Positions 49,402 through 58,595 of a stretch of DNA of 64,000 bases are shown one piece after another. Source of the DNA: an uncultured Candidatus Rokubacteria bacterium (GTDB lineage Bacteria; Methylomirabilota; Methylomirabilia; Rokubacteriales; DASRDR01); NCBI GenBank assembly GCA_963708025.1, contig CAVPSB010000029.1, positions 1-64,000 of the forward strand, written 5' to 3'. The position numbers and the translations under genes were made by a program. Position 1 is the first letter of the stretch, and each line of letters begins with the position of its first letter. The notes below the pieces were generated by a model. The model was not told where the DNA came from. It worked only from the letters and a program-made list of their open reading frames with translations, and did not search any database.

Positions 49402-49920
49402 ATGAGCGCTGCCCCGCGCGCGGCGGCGCTCCCCCATCTCCAGGCGGTGGCGGCGGCGCTGGCCCAGCCCGGCCAGCCGGCGCCGCTCTTCGCCGCCCTG
49501 GACGCGGCGCTGGGCGCGGCCATCGGCCACCGGCTCTTCACCGTGCTGCGCCTTCACCCCGGCGCGCGCGAGTCGGAGCGCTGCTACACGAATCAGCCGG
49601 CCGCCTATCCGGTGGGCGGACGAAAGCCGCTGACCGAGTCCGCGTGGTCGCGTCAGGTCTTCGGCGAGCGCCGCGCCTACGTCGGGTACACGGCGGAGGA
49701 CATCCGGGCCGTGTTCGTCGACCATGCCCTCATCGCGAGCCTGGGCTGTGACTCGGTGCTGAACCTGCCCGTGGTCTTCGGCGGGCGCGTCCTCGGCACG
49801 CTGAACCTGCTCCATCAGGCCCGGTGGTACGGCGAGGCGGACGTACCGATCGGGATGACCTTCGCGGGGCTCGCGGTGCCGGGCTACCTCGCGCTCGGCG
49901 CTCAGACGGGCGGGACGTAG
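49402..49920 (+). CDS. Stand-alone GAF domain protein
   Basis: GHRLFTVL, YPVGGRK, VLNLPV..GRVLGTLNLL. Confidence 0.85.
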   Translation: MSAAPRAAALPHLQAVAAALAQPGQPAPLFAALDAALGAAIGHRLFTVLRLHPGARESERCYTNQPAAYPVGGRKPLTESAWSRQVFGERRAYVGYTAEDIRAVFVDHALIASLGCDSVLNLPVVFGGRVLGTLNLLHQARWYGEADVPIGMTFAGLAVPGYLALGAQTGGT

Positions 49921-49932
49921 AAAGGAGCGGCG

Positions 49933-50946
49933 ATGGAGCGACGCGCGTTCGGGCGGACGGGCCTCACCGTGTCGGCGGTGGGCTTCGGGAGCTGGCCCAT
50001 GAGCGGGGGCGACCGGTACGGGGCCATCGAGGACGAGGAGGCGATCCGGGCGATCCGCCGGGCCTTGGATGCCGGGATCGATTGCGTCAACACCGCGCCG
50101 GCCTACGGCTTCGGCCACGCCGAGGAGGTGGTCGGGCGCGCCCTCCGCGGCCACCGGCACCGGGTCACCCTGGTGACGAAGTGCGGCATCGTGTGGGACG
50201 AGGGGAGCACGGTCCTCCGGCGCGACATCTCGGCCGCGAACATCAGGCGGGAGGTCAACCTGAGCCTGCGGCGCCTCCAGACGGACGTGATCGACGTCTA
50301 TCTCCTGCACTGGCCGACGGCGGCCATCCCGTTCGAGGAGGCGTTCGCCGCCATGGACGGGCTGGTCCGGGCCGGGAAGGTCCGCTTCGCCGGGGTGTCG
50401 AACTTCACGGTCGAGCAGATGGAGCGCTGCCGGGCGGTCCGCCCGATCGACGTGGTGCAGGTGGGCTACCACCTGTTCGACCGGCGGATGGAGCGCGAGA
50501 TCTTCCCGTACTGTCAGGCGCACGGGATCGGCGTGATGGGGTACGGCTCGCTCGGCCACGGGCTCCTCACCGGCGCCTTCACCGCCGACACCCGCTTCGC
50601 CGATCCCGACTGGCGGGCCCGCGGGATCGCCTTCGGCCAGCCGATCCTGAAGCCCGAGAACCTGAAGGCGAACGTCGCCGTCGTCGAGCGCCTGCAGCGC
50701 GAGGTGGCCGCGCCCCGGTCGGTCCCGGTGAGCCACGTCGCCCTCGCCTGGGTGCTGCGCCAGCCGGCGGTCTCGACGGCCCTCGTCGGGGCGCGGAGCC
50801 CGGCCGAGGTCGAGGACACCCGGCTCGCCGCCGGGCTCCGGCTGAGCGAGGCGGAGCTGGCGCGGGTCGACGCGATCATGGCCGGGGCGGCCGGCCGGAT
50901 CACGGCCTTCACCCCGCTGCGCCCGGGCAACGAGGAGTGGGAGTGA
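49933..50946 (+). CDS. Aldo/keto reductase
   Basis: VSAVGFG, TAPAYG, TK, YLLHWP, GVSNF. Confidence 0.93.
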   Translation: MERRAFGRTGLTVSAVGFGSWPMSGGDRYGAIEDEEAIRAIRRALDAGIDCVNTAPAYGFGHAEEVVGRALRGHRHRVTLVTKCGIVWDEGSTVLRRDISAANIRREVNLSLRRLQTDVIDVYLLHWPTAAIPFEEAFAAMDGLVRAGKVRFAGVSNFTVEQMERCRAVRPIDVVQVGYHLFDRRMEREIFPYCQAHGIGVMGYGSLGHGLLTGAFTADTRFADPDWRARGIAFGQPILKPENLKANVAVVERLQREVAAPRSVPVSHVALAWVLRQPAVSTALVGARSPAEVEDTRLAAGLRLSEAELARVDAIMAGAAGRITAFTPLRPGNEEWE

Positions 50947-51067
50947 CCGCGCTCGCCCCGGCCGACTGACCGGCCGGCGCTCCCCATTGCCGGCGTGATC
51001 GTCGCAGCCGGTGTCGGAGCCGGACGTGACGGCGCGACGACCGTCTCGCCGAAGATCGGAAGACCGA

Positions 51068-53320
51068 TCAGTCCCGGCCCCGCAACGCCCGGACGCGGGC
51101 GGGAAGTTCGTCGGACAGGACGCGCACGCCACAGTAGAGCGACAGATACGCCGCCATGTGCGCGACGGGCACGTAGTGCCGCGGGAGGTACGCGTCGTCC
51201 TTGATCACGAGATGCAGGGCCAGGCCCCCGAGATAACACACCGCGAACCCGATCGGTGCGGTGGGATTGCGGGCTCGCATGCCGACGAAGAGGGTGCCGA
51301 GCAAGCCCCCCAGGACCAGAAGCACTCCCACCTGCGGTTCGAAGGTGACCCGCTGCCAGAACGTCGTGATCAGCACTGGGAGCGGATCGGTGGCGGCGAT
51401 CTTGGTGGTCGAACCGAGATAACTGGCCAGCTCCTCGCGCCGGGCGACGAGGCTCGGCAGCGCGTGGACCAGCACGATCAGTCCCGCGCCCGTCATCGAG
51501 GCCACGCCGGCGATGGCCGCCCGTCGCCGCGGAGCTCCGGCGCGGCTCGCGATCGCGAGCGCCCAGAAGGGAATGCCGGCGGCGATCGATTGAGGCCGCA
51601 TCAAGAGCGCGAGGCCGCACGAGAGGGCGGCCAGAGCGATGAGGCGGGAGTGGGGCCGGCCGGCTGCTTCGATGGAGTAGAGAAGCGTGATGCCGCCCAC
51701 CAGCGTGAAGAGCCACGCGGGAATCTCGCTCATGCTCACGGGGAAGACCAGAAGGTAGGTGGCGAAACTCCTCAGTACCCAGAAGAAGGAGTAGCCAAAG
51801 AGGGCGAGGCCCACCAGGCGAAGGACCCCGGGCCGCCTCCGGAAGGTGCTCTGGGCCAGCGGTACGAGGAGAATGGGCGTGCAGCCCAGGACGAAGCGCA
51901 GGAGGAGGGCCAGATAGGTGGTGCCCTCGCCCAGCAGGGGATAGAACATCGCCCTGAAGTACATGAACAGAGGCTTCGAGAACACGTACTGGGGGTTGGT
52001 GAACCAACGGGGGTTGGCCGCGAGAAAGTAGCCCTCCGAGGTGAAGGTCAGCCAGTCGTCTCCGGGACTCTGCAGGGCGAACCCGTCGGTCAACGGGACG
52101 TCGAGGATCGTCCAGATCCACAGACCGAGGATGGGGAAGGTGCACAGCAGATCCGCCGTCCCCTCCCGATGGTCGGGGGTGGGGGCCTCCCGCTCGCGGC
52201 GGGCCACGAGATTCTCCCGAAGGACGAGGAAGAGCGTCGAGAGAGCGGCCAGACACACCAGGCGGGTGATGGCCGACCGGCGATCGTGGAACGTCAGCGC
52301 CCCGATGGCCCCGAGGAGCGCGATCTCGAGGCCGATGACGGAGGCGCGACCGCGTGACGCGGGCCAGTCGATGCTGCCGGCCAGCGCGCGGGCGCTCCTC
52401 CAGGTGGCTCCGGCCACCGGCCACGCGATCAGACCGACGAGTCCCAGGATCAGGAGCTGGGCGGCCCAGCGAGCCCCGGTCCTCCACCCGCTCCGGGGCA
52501 GGCTGACGCTCAGCATCGCCTCGGAGAGAGGGAGCGTCCGGGTCTGGGGGCTTATTAGACACCCCGGCGAATCCGGGACGAGGTCGGGGCAGATGTAGTT
52601 CCGGTAGATCAGTCGGGCGCTCACGAGATCGGCCCTTGGGAGGTCGACACCCCGATCGATCGGGGTCGGTGCATACGGAAGGGCGACGCGCTCGCGACCT
52701 CCGCTCGTCCGCTGGAGCTCCACCTCCACGCTGCCGGCGTAGGTGAGCCGAAGGTCGCCCGGCCCCGGCAGCGTGGACGCGCTCAGGGTGAACGAGGCAC
52801 GGAAGGGCAGCGCGTTCTGCTCTCGCCAGCGGCTCGCCAGCTCGCATTCCGCCGTACCCGCTGCGCAGGCGTAGTAGTTGTAACTCAGGGTGTTGTGGAG
52901 GCCGGGCCGCCAGGGCTCGCCCCGGGGGCCGAAATGAATCGACTTCACGAAGGGCTCGGCCGCGAAGAGACAGGCATCTGGCGAGAGCCTCAAGTCGTTC
53001 GCGACGTGGGGCGCCCACCAGCAGCGTGGGATCCCGGCACTGGCCGGGAAGAAGCACTTGATCGCGATCAGCGACAACGCGAGAATCCCGATCGCTCCTG
53101 CGTGGCCCGGGCTCATCCGGGGGGAGAACACCGGGCTCCCCCCGACGAGTCGATGGGCCAGACCGATGACGGCCAGGCAGAGCCCGAAGAGCAGGAAGGT
53201 GAACTCGGCCCGGTGGGTGACCGGAAGGCCGTCCCAGGCAATCTCGAGATCGGTGGCGAGACAGAAGGCGATGAGCAGCAAGACCCATGAGGCTCGCCCG
53301 ACGAGGGCCGATCGACTCAT
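51068..53320 (-). CDS. Large polytopic membrane protein, GT-C glycosyltransferase-like
   Basis: Many TM helices, a periplasmic domain, GDDW, SEIP and LMRP motifs. Confidence 0.6.
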   Translation of the reverse strand: MSRSALVGRASWVLLLIAFCLATDLEIAWDGLPVTHRAEFTFLLFGLCLAVIGLAHRLVGGSPVFSPRMSPGHAGAIGILALSLIAIKCFFPASAGIPRCWWAPHVANDLRLSPDACLFAAEPFVKSIHFGPRGEPWRPGLHNTLSYNYYACAAGTAECELASRWREQNALPFRASFTLSASTLPGPGDLRLTYAGSVEVELQRTSGGRERVALPYAPTPIDRGVDLPRADLVSARLIYRNYICPDLVPDSPGCLISPQTRTLPLSEAMLSVSLPRSGWRTGARWAAQLLILGLVGLIAWPVAGATWRSARALAGSIDWPASRGRASVIGLEIALLGAIGALTFHDRRSAITRLVCLAALSTLFLVLRENLVARREREAPTPDHREGTADLLCTFPILGLWIWTILDVPLTDGFALQSPGDDWLTFTSEGYFLAANPRWFTNPQYVFSKPLFMYFRAMFYPLLGEGTTYLALLLRFVLGCTPILLVPLAQSTFRRRPGVLRLVGLALFGYSFFWVLRSFATYLLVFPVSMSEIPAWLFTLVGGITLLYSIEAAGRPHSRLIALAALSCGLALLMRPQSIAAGIPFWALAIASRAGAPRRRAAIAGVASMTGAGLIVLVHALPSLVARREELASYLGSTTKIAATDPLPVLITTFWQRVTFEPQVGVLLVLGGLLGTLFVGMRARNPTAPIGFAVCYLGGLALHLVIKDDAYLPRHYVPVAHMAAYLSLYCGVRVLSDELPARVRALRGRD

Positions 53321-53351
53321 GCGCCGTCTCGACGATCCGGCGCCGGCTCGA

Positions 53352-54023
53352 TCACCGGACGGGCGGTCCGATCGGACCTGGACCCGAGGCGCGGGCCCAC
53401 ACGGCGTAGAGTGGGTCCGCGCCGCCGCCCGGGGACCGGTCGTCCTCCCGCGCGTCCGTGAAGCCGCCGGCGGCTTCGAAGTAGCCGCGGACGAGCGTGA
53501 GGTGCTGATCGTCGCTGGTGCCGCGCCAGACGGCGACGGCCTTGGTGGGGAAGCACCGGTTGGAGAACGACACCACGAACGGCGCTCCCGATCGGAGCAC
53601 GCGCCGGACCTCGCGGAAGACCAGCACCGGGTGCGTCAGATATTGCACTGACACGGCACAGGTGGCCGCGTCGAAGGCCTCGTCACCGAACGGCAACCGG
53701 GGCTCGTGGTTCAGGTCGTGGACGACGTGGCTCGTCAGCTGGGGGTTGTCGGCCATCTCCTCGGCGTTCAACCCGAGCCCCACGGCTGCCGCCAGGTGAA
53801 GACCGCTCGGGAGATGACTCCGCCAGCTGCTCATCAGATCGAGCAGCCGCCCGCCAGCCGGGAGGACCTCGGCATACAAGCGGCCGAGCGCGCCGATGGC
53901 CGCGTCGTCGATGTGGACGACCTTGCGCGGCAAGACGTAGAAGCCGTCGTCGGAAGCCTCGTCGTCCCGAGCGTAGGCCGCTGGCGGGAAGAGACCGTCG
54001 CCCGGGACCAGGTCGGCCGTCAT
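53352..54023 (-). CDS. SAM-dependent methyltransferase (type 11)
   Basis: LDLMSSWRSHLP, GLGLNAEEM, SVQYL, FSNRCFPTKAV. Confidence 0.9.
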   Translation of the reverse strand: MTADLVPGDGLFPPAAYARDDEASDDGFYVLPRKVVHIDDAAIGALGRLYAEVLPAGGRLLDLMSSWRSHLPSGLHLAAAVGLGLNAEEMADNPQLTSHVVHDLNHEPRLPFGDEAFDAATCAVSVQYLTHPVLVFREVRRVLRSGAPFVVSFSNRCFPTKAVAVWRGTSDDQHLTLVRGYFEAAGGFTDAREDDRSPGGGADPLYAVWARASGPGPIGPPVR

Positions 54024-54169
54024 CCGCCGCCGTGGCGCGGGGTGCTCACCTGGTCGTCTCGCTGGTGCGGTCGGGTGGGTGTCTCGCGGTGGGTGGGGAT
54101 GCCGACTGTGACGAGCGGCACGGTCTCCTGCCAACCCGGTTCCGGGTCTGCTATTCTCGGCGCGAGCGT

Positions 54170-55363
54170 ATGTGTACCACGCATTCCGTATCGACCGCAA
54201 CCCGTGTAACCCTCGCGCTCGCGGTCGTGCTGTTCATCGGTCACAACGTGTGGGTTCTCCGCTCGGCGCCGGCCATGGGCGGCGATTCGCCCAGGTACAT
54301 CGGGTCGGCCCAGCGCCTGCTGGAGGACGGAGTCCTATCGGGGCGAGACCAGAATTACTCCGGCTTCGTCCTCTACCTGGCGCTGACGAAGACGGTGGCT
54401 CCCGGCGGGGAGTCGTTCGCCAGCGCCGCGGTGGCCGCGCAGAGCGCGGTCGCCCTCGGCGCCCTGTTCTGCGTGTACGGCATCGGGGCCATGGTTCTGT
54501 CGGAACGGGCGGGCGCGCTGGCCTCGGTGTTCTACGCGCTGAACCCCTACGCGATGATCTGGAATCGGTACGTCTTGACCGACTCCCTGTTCATCTCCTT
54601 CGTGCTCATCTCCATCTGGGCGCTCATCAAAGCGTCGCGGCGGCATGGGTGGCTCGGGCTCGCCGTTCCCGCCTGTGTCTTCACCGCGATGTTGAGACCC
54701 AATGGGGTCGTCTACTTCCCGGTGTTCCTCGTCTACCTCCACTCCCTGTTCGGCAAGAGACTGCGGGTGGCCGCCTACGTCGTCATCGCCGTGGCGGCCC
54801 TGGCCGCTTCGCCTTTCTTGATGAAGGAGCTCGAGAAGGCGACCGACCGCATTCAGATCATCGACAACCTCGTGGATGGCGTGACCGTGTGGCACGAGGC
54901 CAAGATCGACATGCCCAGGTACGAGAGGCCGAGGACGCGCCCGATCGCGGACACCTTCGCCTACGTCACCACCTACCCCTACGACTCGCTGCGACTGTTC
55001 GCCGCCCGGCTCTACGCCGCGTACATGTTCACGCGAGATGACTTCTCGACCCGCCACAACGCCCTGCTCCTGGTGGCGCTCCCTTTCCTGTACGCGCTCG
55101 CCGTGGCGGGAACGATCCGGAGCTGCCAGAGGGGCATCACGCGGGACGTTCTCCTCCTGTTGGGTGTGCTGGCGGTTCAGACGGGGATCTTCGCCATGAC
55201 CTACAGTGATCACGATCCCCGCTTCACGTGCTACACGATCACGCTGATCGCCCTGTTCGCGGCCTACGGATTCGAAGGGCTGGTGATGTCGGGATGGCTG
55301 CGTCCTGCCGGGCGCGGGCGGCCGCCGGCGCCGCGACTCGCTGCGCGATCAGCTCGGCGGTGA
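54170..55363 (+). CDS. GT-C (family 39/ArnT-like) membrane glycosyltransferase
   Basis: GDSPRY, VLTDSLF, LRPNG, multiple TM segments. Confidence 0.75.
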   Translation: MCTTHSVSTATRVTLALAVVLFIGHNVWVLRSAPAMGGDSPRYIGSAQRLLEDGVLSGRDQNYSGFVLYLALTKTVAPGGESFASAAVAAQSAVALGALFCVYGIGAMVLSERAGALASVFYALNPYAMIWNRYVLTDSLFISFVLISIWALIKASRRHGWLGLAVPACVFTAMLRPNGVVYFPVFLVYLHSLFGKRLRVAAYVVIAVAALAASPFLMKELEKATDRIQIIDNLVDGVTVWHEAKIDMPRYERPRTRPIADTFAYVTTYPYDSLRLFAARLYAAYMFTRDDFSTRHNALLLVALPFLYALAVAGTIRSCQRGITRDVLLLLGVLAVQTGIFAMTYSDHDPRFTCYTITLIALFAAYGFEGLVMSGWLRPAGRGRPPAPRLAARSARR

Positions 55364-56414
55364 GCCGGGCCCCGTGCGGCGACAAGTGCCCGTCGCCGGG
55401 CAGGAACGACGGCCCCGCGTACAGGGGCGTCGCATCCACGAGCTCGACGGCGTGCTTCTCGGCGATGGCACGAAGAATCTCGAGCTGCCGGCCGCGCGTG
55501 ATCGGCACCATCAGCAGGCGCGCACCGGCGCGGTCGGTGAGGGACTTCATGTAGGCGATGGCGTGTTCCGTGTACCGCCATCCCCGCGATGCGGGGTCGG
55601 TGTTGACGTCGGCGGAGTCGAACGTCCGTTCCGGGCGCGGCGCGGCCTCGGCCACCGCGATGCCGGCCGACCCTCGCCACTGCTGGTAGCTCCAGCCGAG
55701 CCAGCGGAGCATCTTCATCACGTAGAGCTCCTCTTTCGCGCGTCTGGCCAGCGAGCGCTGCCGGATCTGGCGCTCGCGGTCCCGCAGGGCCTGCTGGGGA
55801 TCGACCCGGGCCGGGTAGGTGATGCGGTCGAGGGGCTGGGCGATGAAGGCCTCCATGGCCGCGTCACTCAGATAGGCGTAGAGGTCCACGATGTCGTTGG
55901 ACGTGAAGACGTACACCACGACGCGCGGCGTGAACACCGGCAGGTAGGCGGTGAGGACGTAGGCCTCCTGGTACGCGCAGTCGCCCTGCCGGCCGAGATT
56001 GGCCACCCGCAGGCTGGTGCGCTGCTCGAGGGCGTGACCCAGCGTGTGCTCGAAGTCCACGCCGTGCCCGTAGACCATGGAATCGCCCAGCAGGATCAGG
56101 TCGGCCGGGATGTGGAGCGGCTTGTTCCGGAACCCGAGGGCGTCGGTCTCGTGCCGCCACACGTAGCCGTTGGCGAACATCGGGGCGGTGTGGTTGGGGA
56201 TCATGAAGAACATCCGCAGGTTGCGGTCGGCGTAGTAGATTCCCCCGGTCCCGGCCGTGTACCGGCTGAGGGCGCCGTTGGCGAAATCGTTGCCCAGCAG
56301 CGTGGGCCAGGTGCGGAGCGTGACCTCCAGGCCCAGCAGGACCACCAGGAGGGAGGCGGCGACGAGACCGAGCCGGGCGAGGAGACCCTTCGCGCCCTGC
56401 ACGCCGGGACCCAT
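55239..56414 (-). CDS. Membrane-anchored SGNH/GDSL hydrolase or acyltransferase
   Basis: LGDSMVYG, NLG, ND, DGHLS. Confidence 0.85.
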   Translation of the reverse strand: MGPGVQGAKGLLARLGLVAASLLVVLLGLEVTLRTWPTLLGNDFANGALSRYTAGTGGIYYADRNLRMFFMIPNHTAPMFANGYVWRHETDALGFRNKPLHIPADLILLGDSMVYGHGVDFEHTLGHALEQRTSLRVANLGRQGDCAYQEAYVLTAYLPVFTPRVVVYVFTSNDIVDLYAYLSDAAMEAFIAQPLDRITYPARVDPQQALRDRERQIRQRSLARRAKEELYVMKMLRWLGWSYQQWRGSAGIAVAEAAPRPERTFDSADVNTDPASRGWRYTEHAIAYMKSLTDRAGARLLMVPITRGRQLEILRAIAEKHAVELVDATPLYAGPSFLPGDGHLSPHGARLTAELIAQRVAAPAAARARQDAAIPTSPALRIRRPRTGRSA

Positions 56415-56453
56415 CGCACCCCTCAGAACGGGGCCCGGGGCGCGTCGGCCACG

Positions 56454-57278
56454 TCAGCCCTGCATGAACGCGTTCAGGTCCGGCGTGGCGAGGGCGTGGT
56501 CCAGGTAGCCGAAGGTGCCCTGGTCCTTCACCTCCCGGGCGGCGTCGAGCAGGCCGGTCATCGCCGTGCGATAGAGCGAGGTGGCCAGGCTGATCCGCCT
56601 GACGCCGGCCGCCGCCAGCTCGGCCACCGTGAACGACTTGCCCTTGATGCCGGCCATGAAGTTGACCGGCTTCGACACGGCGGCGCAGACGGCCCGGACC
56701 GCGGCGAGATCGGGCAGGCCGGGCGCCATCAGCACGTCGGCGCCCGCCTTCTCGAAGGCCTGCAGGCGCCTGATCGTGTCGTCCAGGCTCGGGTTGCCGC
56801 GCAGGAAATTCTCGGTGCGGGCGGTCAGGGTGAACGGGAAGGAGAGCGCGCGCGCCGCCTGGACCGCCGCCACCACCCGCTCGGTCGCCTGGCCGATGTC
56901 GTAGAGCGGCCGGTCGCGGTCGCCGGTGGCGTCCTCGATGGAGCCGCCGACCAGCCCCACGCCGGCCGCGAGCCGGATGGTTTCCGCCGCCGTCGCCGGC
57001 GCGTCGCCGAAGCCCTTCTCCAGGTCGGCGGAGACGGGCAGATCGGTTGCCGCCACGATGGCGCGGGCCTGCGCCATCGCCTCCTCGCGCGTCACCTTGC
57101 CGTCGCGCCGGCCGAGGACGCCCGCCGAGGCGCCGCTCGAGGTGGCCAGGGCCTGGAAGCCGAGCGCGGCCAGGATGCGCGCCGAGCCGGCGTCCCACGG
57201 GTTGGGGATCACGAAGGCGCCGGGGCCCTCGTGGAGCGCCCGGAACCGGGTGGCCTTGTCGCTCTGGGTCGCCGTCAT
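56454..57278 (-). CDS. Isocitrate lyase/PEP mutase family protein
   Basis: PNPWDAGSA, ATSSG, SADLEKGFG, SIED. Confidence 0.92.
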   Translation of the reverse strand: MTATQSDKATRFRALHEGPGAFVIPNPWDAGSARILAALGFQALATSSGASAGVLGRRDGKVTREEAMAQARAIVAATDLPVSADLEKGFGDAPATAAETIRLAAGVGLVGGSIEDATGDRDRPLYDIGQATERVVAAVQAARALSFPFTLTARTENFLRGNPSLDDTIRRLQAFEKAGADVLMAPGLPDLAAVRAVCAAVSKPVNFMAGIKGKSFTVAELAAAGVRRISLATSLYRTAMTGLLDAAREVKDQGTFGYLDHALATPDLNAFMQG

Positions 57279-57461
57279 CGGATCCTCCTGGGTCGCGCGC
57301 CGTGGGAGAGCATATCAGGAAGGGAGCCGCTCCGCATCGGGACCGGACTGGCTCGCGGGGCGAGTCCCCGCTCCCTCCGGGCTACCAGGGGACCGTGGCG
57401 CTCAGGCGTCCCGGGGCCTCGCTGCGCGTCTGGACGTGGCCCGGTGAACGCTGACCGGGGT

Positions 57462-58502
57462 CTACTCCAGGAGCACCGCCCGGAGTCGGCGCACCAGCTC
57501 CGGCTCGAGGGAGGAGAATCGGTCGACCACCTGACCGAGCTCCTCGCCGCTCACCGGGTCGATCTCGAGCTTGGCGCGATCGGCCTCGCTCCGGAACGCC
57601 GGGTCGTCCAGCGTCGCCCGGAAGGCCTGGCGGAGGAGCTGCACTCGCGCGGGCGGCGTGCCCGGGGGTAGCACGTACGGGCGGGCCAGCGCGCCCTGGT
57701 CGTGCACGCCGATCTCGACGAGCCGGCGCCCCTCCGGGGTTCGGGCCAGGTCGATCGCGAGCGGGATACCGGGCAGCTCGGGGATCGGCCGCGGGGAGAC
57801 GGCGAGCACGACGATCGCCTCGCCGGTCCGCAGGGCCTCGGCCCAACCGGCCCGCATCGAGCTCCAGTTGACGCACGCGCCCGCGAGCTCGCCCGACTCG
57901 ACGGCGAGCCGGACGTCGCCGGTGCCGCGGTATCCGCTCACGACCCGGATGGGCAGCTCGAGGGCCGCCCGGACGATCCGCGTCGCGCTCTCCTGAGTCG
58001 TGCCAGGTCCGGTGCCGCCCATCTTGACCGGCGTGCGGGCCCCCCGCCACGCGTCGACGCTCGCGATCCCGGAGGCCCGGCTCAGCGCGCACGCGATCTG
58101 CTCACGGGCCGGCGCGCCAACGTACTCGAAGCCGCGAGGGTCGAACTCGGCGCCGGGCTGCTGCAGGACGGGCCCCAGGAGGAGCCCGCCGGTGAAGTGG
58201 CCGACGCTGAGCCCGTCAGGCCGGGCGATGCGGTAGAGGTGGTTCGCGGCGATCAGGCCGCCCGCTCCGGGCATGTTCTCCACGACGATGGTCGGTTCCC
58301 CGGGGATGTGGCGTCCGAGGTGTCGCCCCAGGAGGCGGGAGTACACGTCGAACCCACCGCCCGGGGGGTATCCCACGACCAGCCGGAGTGCCCGGCTCCG
58401 GTAGAACGACTCGTCCGCGCGGAGGTCTCCCGCCAGCATGGCACCGAGCGCCAGCACGAGACCCAGCGCCAGCGTCCCGCCACGAAGTCCTGCCCCTCGC
58501 AT
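57462..58502 (-). CDS. Bug/TctC-like tripartite tricarboxylate transporter substrate-binding protein
   Basis: Signal peptide, GYPPGGGFD, VENMPGAGG, GYRG..LAVESGE. Confidence 0.9.
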   Translation of the reverse strand: MRGAGLRGGTLALGLVLALGAMLAGDLRADESFYRSRALRLVVGYPPGGGFDVYSRLLGRHLGRHIPGEPTIVVENMPGAGGLIAANHLYRIARPDGLSVGHFTGGLLLGPVLQQPGAEFDPRGFEYVGAPAREQIACALSRASGIASVDAWRGARTPVKMGGTGPGTTQESATRIVRAALELPIRVVSGYRGTGDVRLAVESGELAGACVNWSSMRAGWAEALRTGEAIVVLAVSPRPIPELPGIPLAIDLARTPEGRRLVEIGVHDQGALARPYVLPPGTPPARVQLLRQAFRATLDDPAFRSEADRAKLEIDPVSGEELGQVVDRFSSLEPELVRRLRAVLLE

Positions 58503-58595
58503 CCCTGCCCCTCCTGTCCGGTGTCGCTCGCCCCGCCGGCCCGAGGATGACATACCACACCGGGCGGTGAAAGCTCCTCGTGTATCATCGGCGCG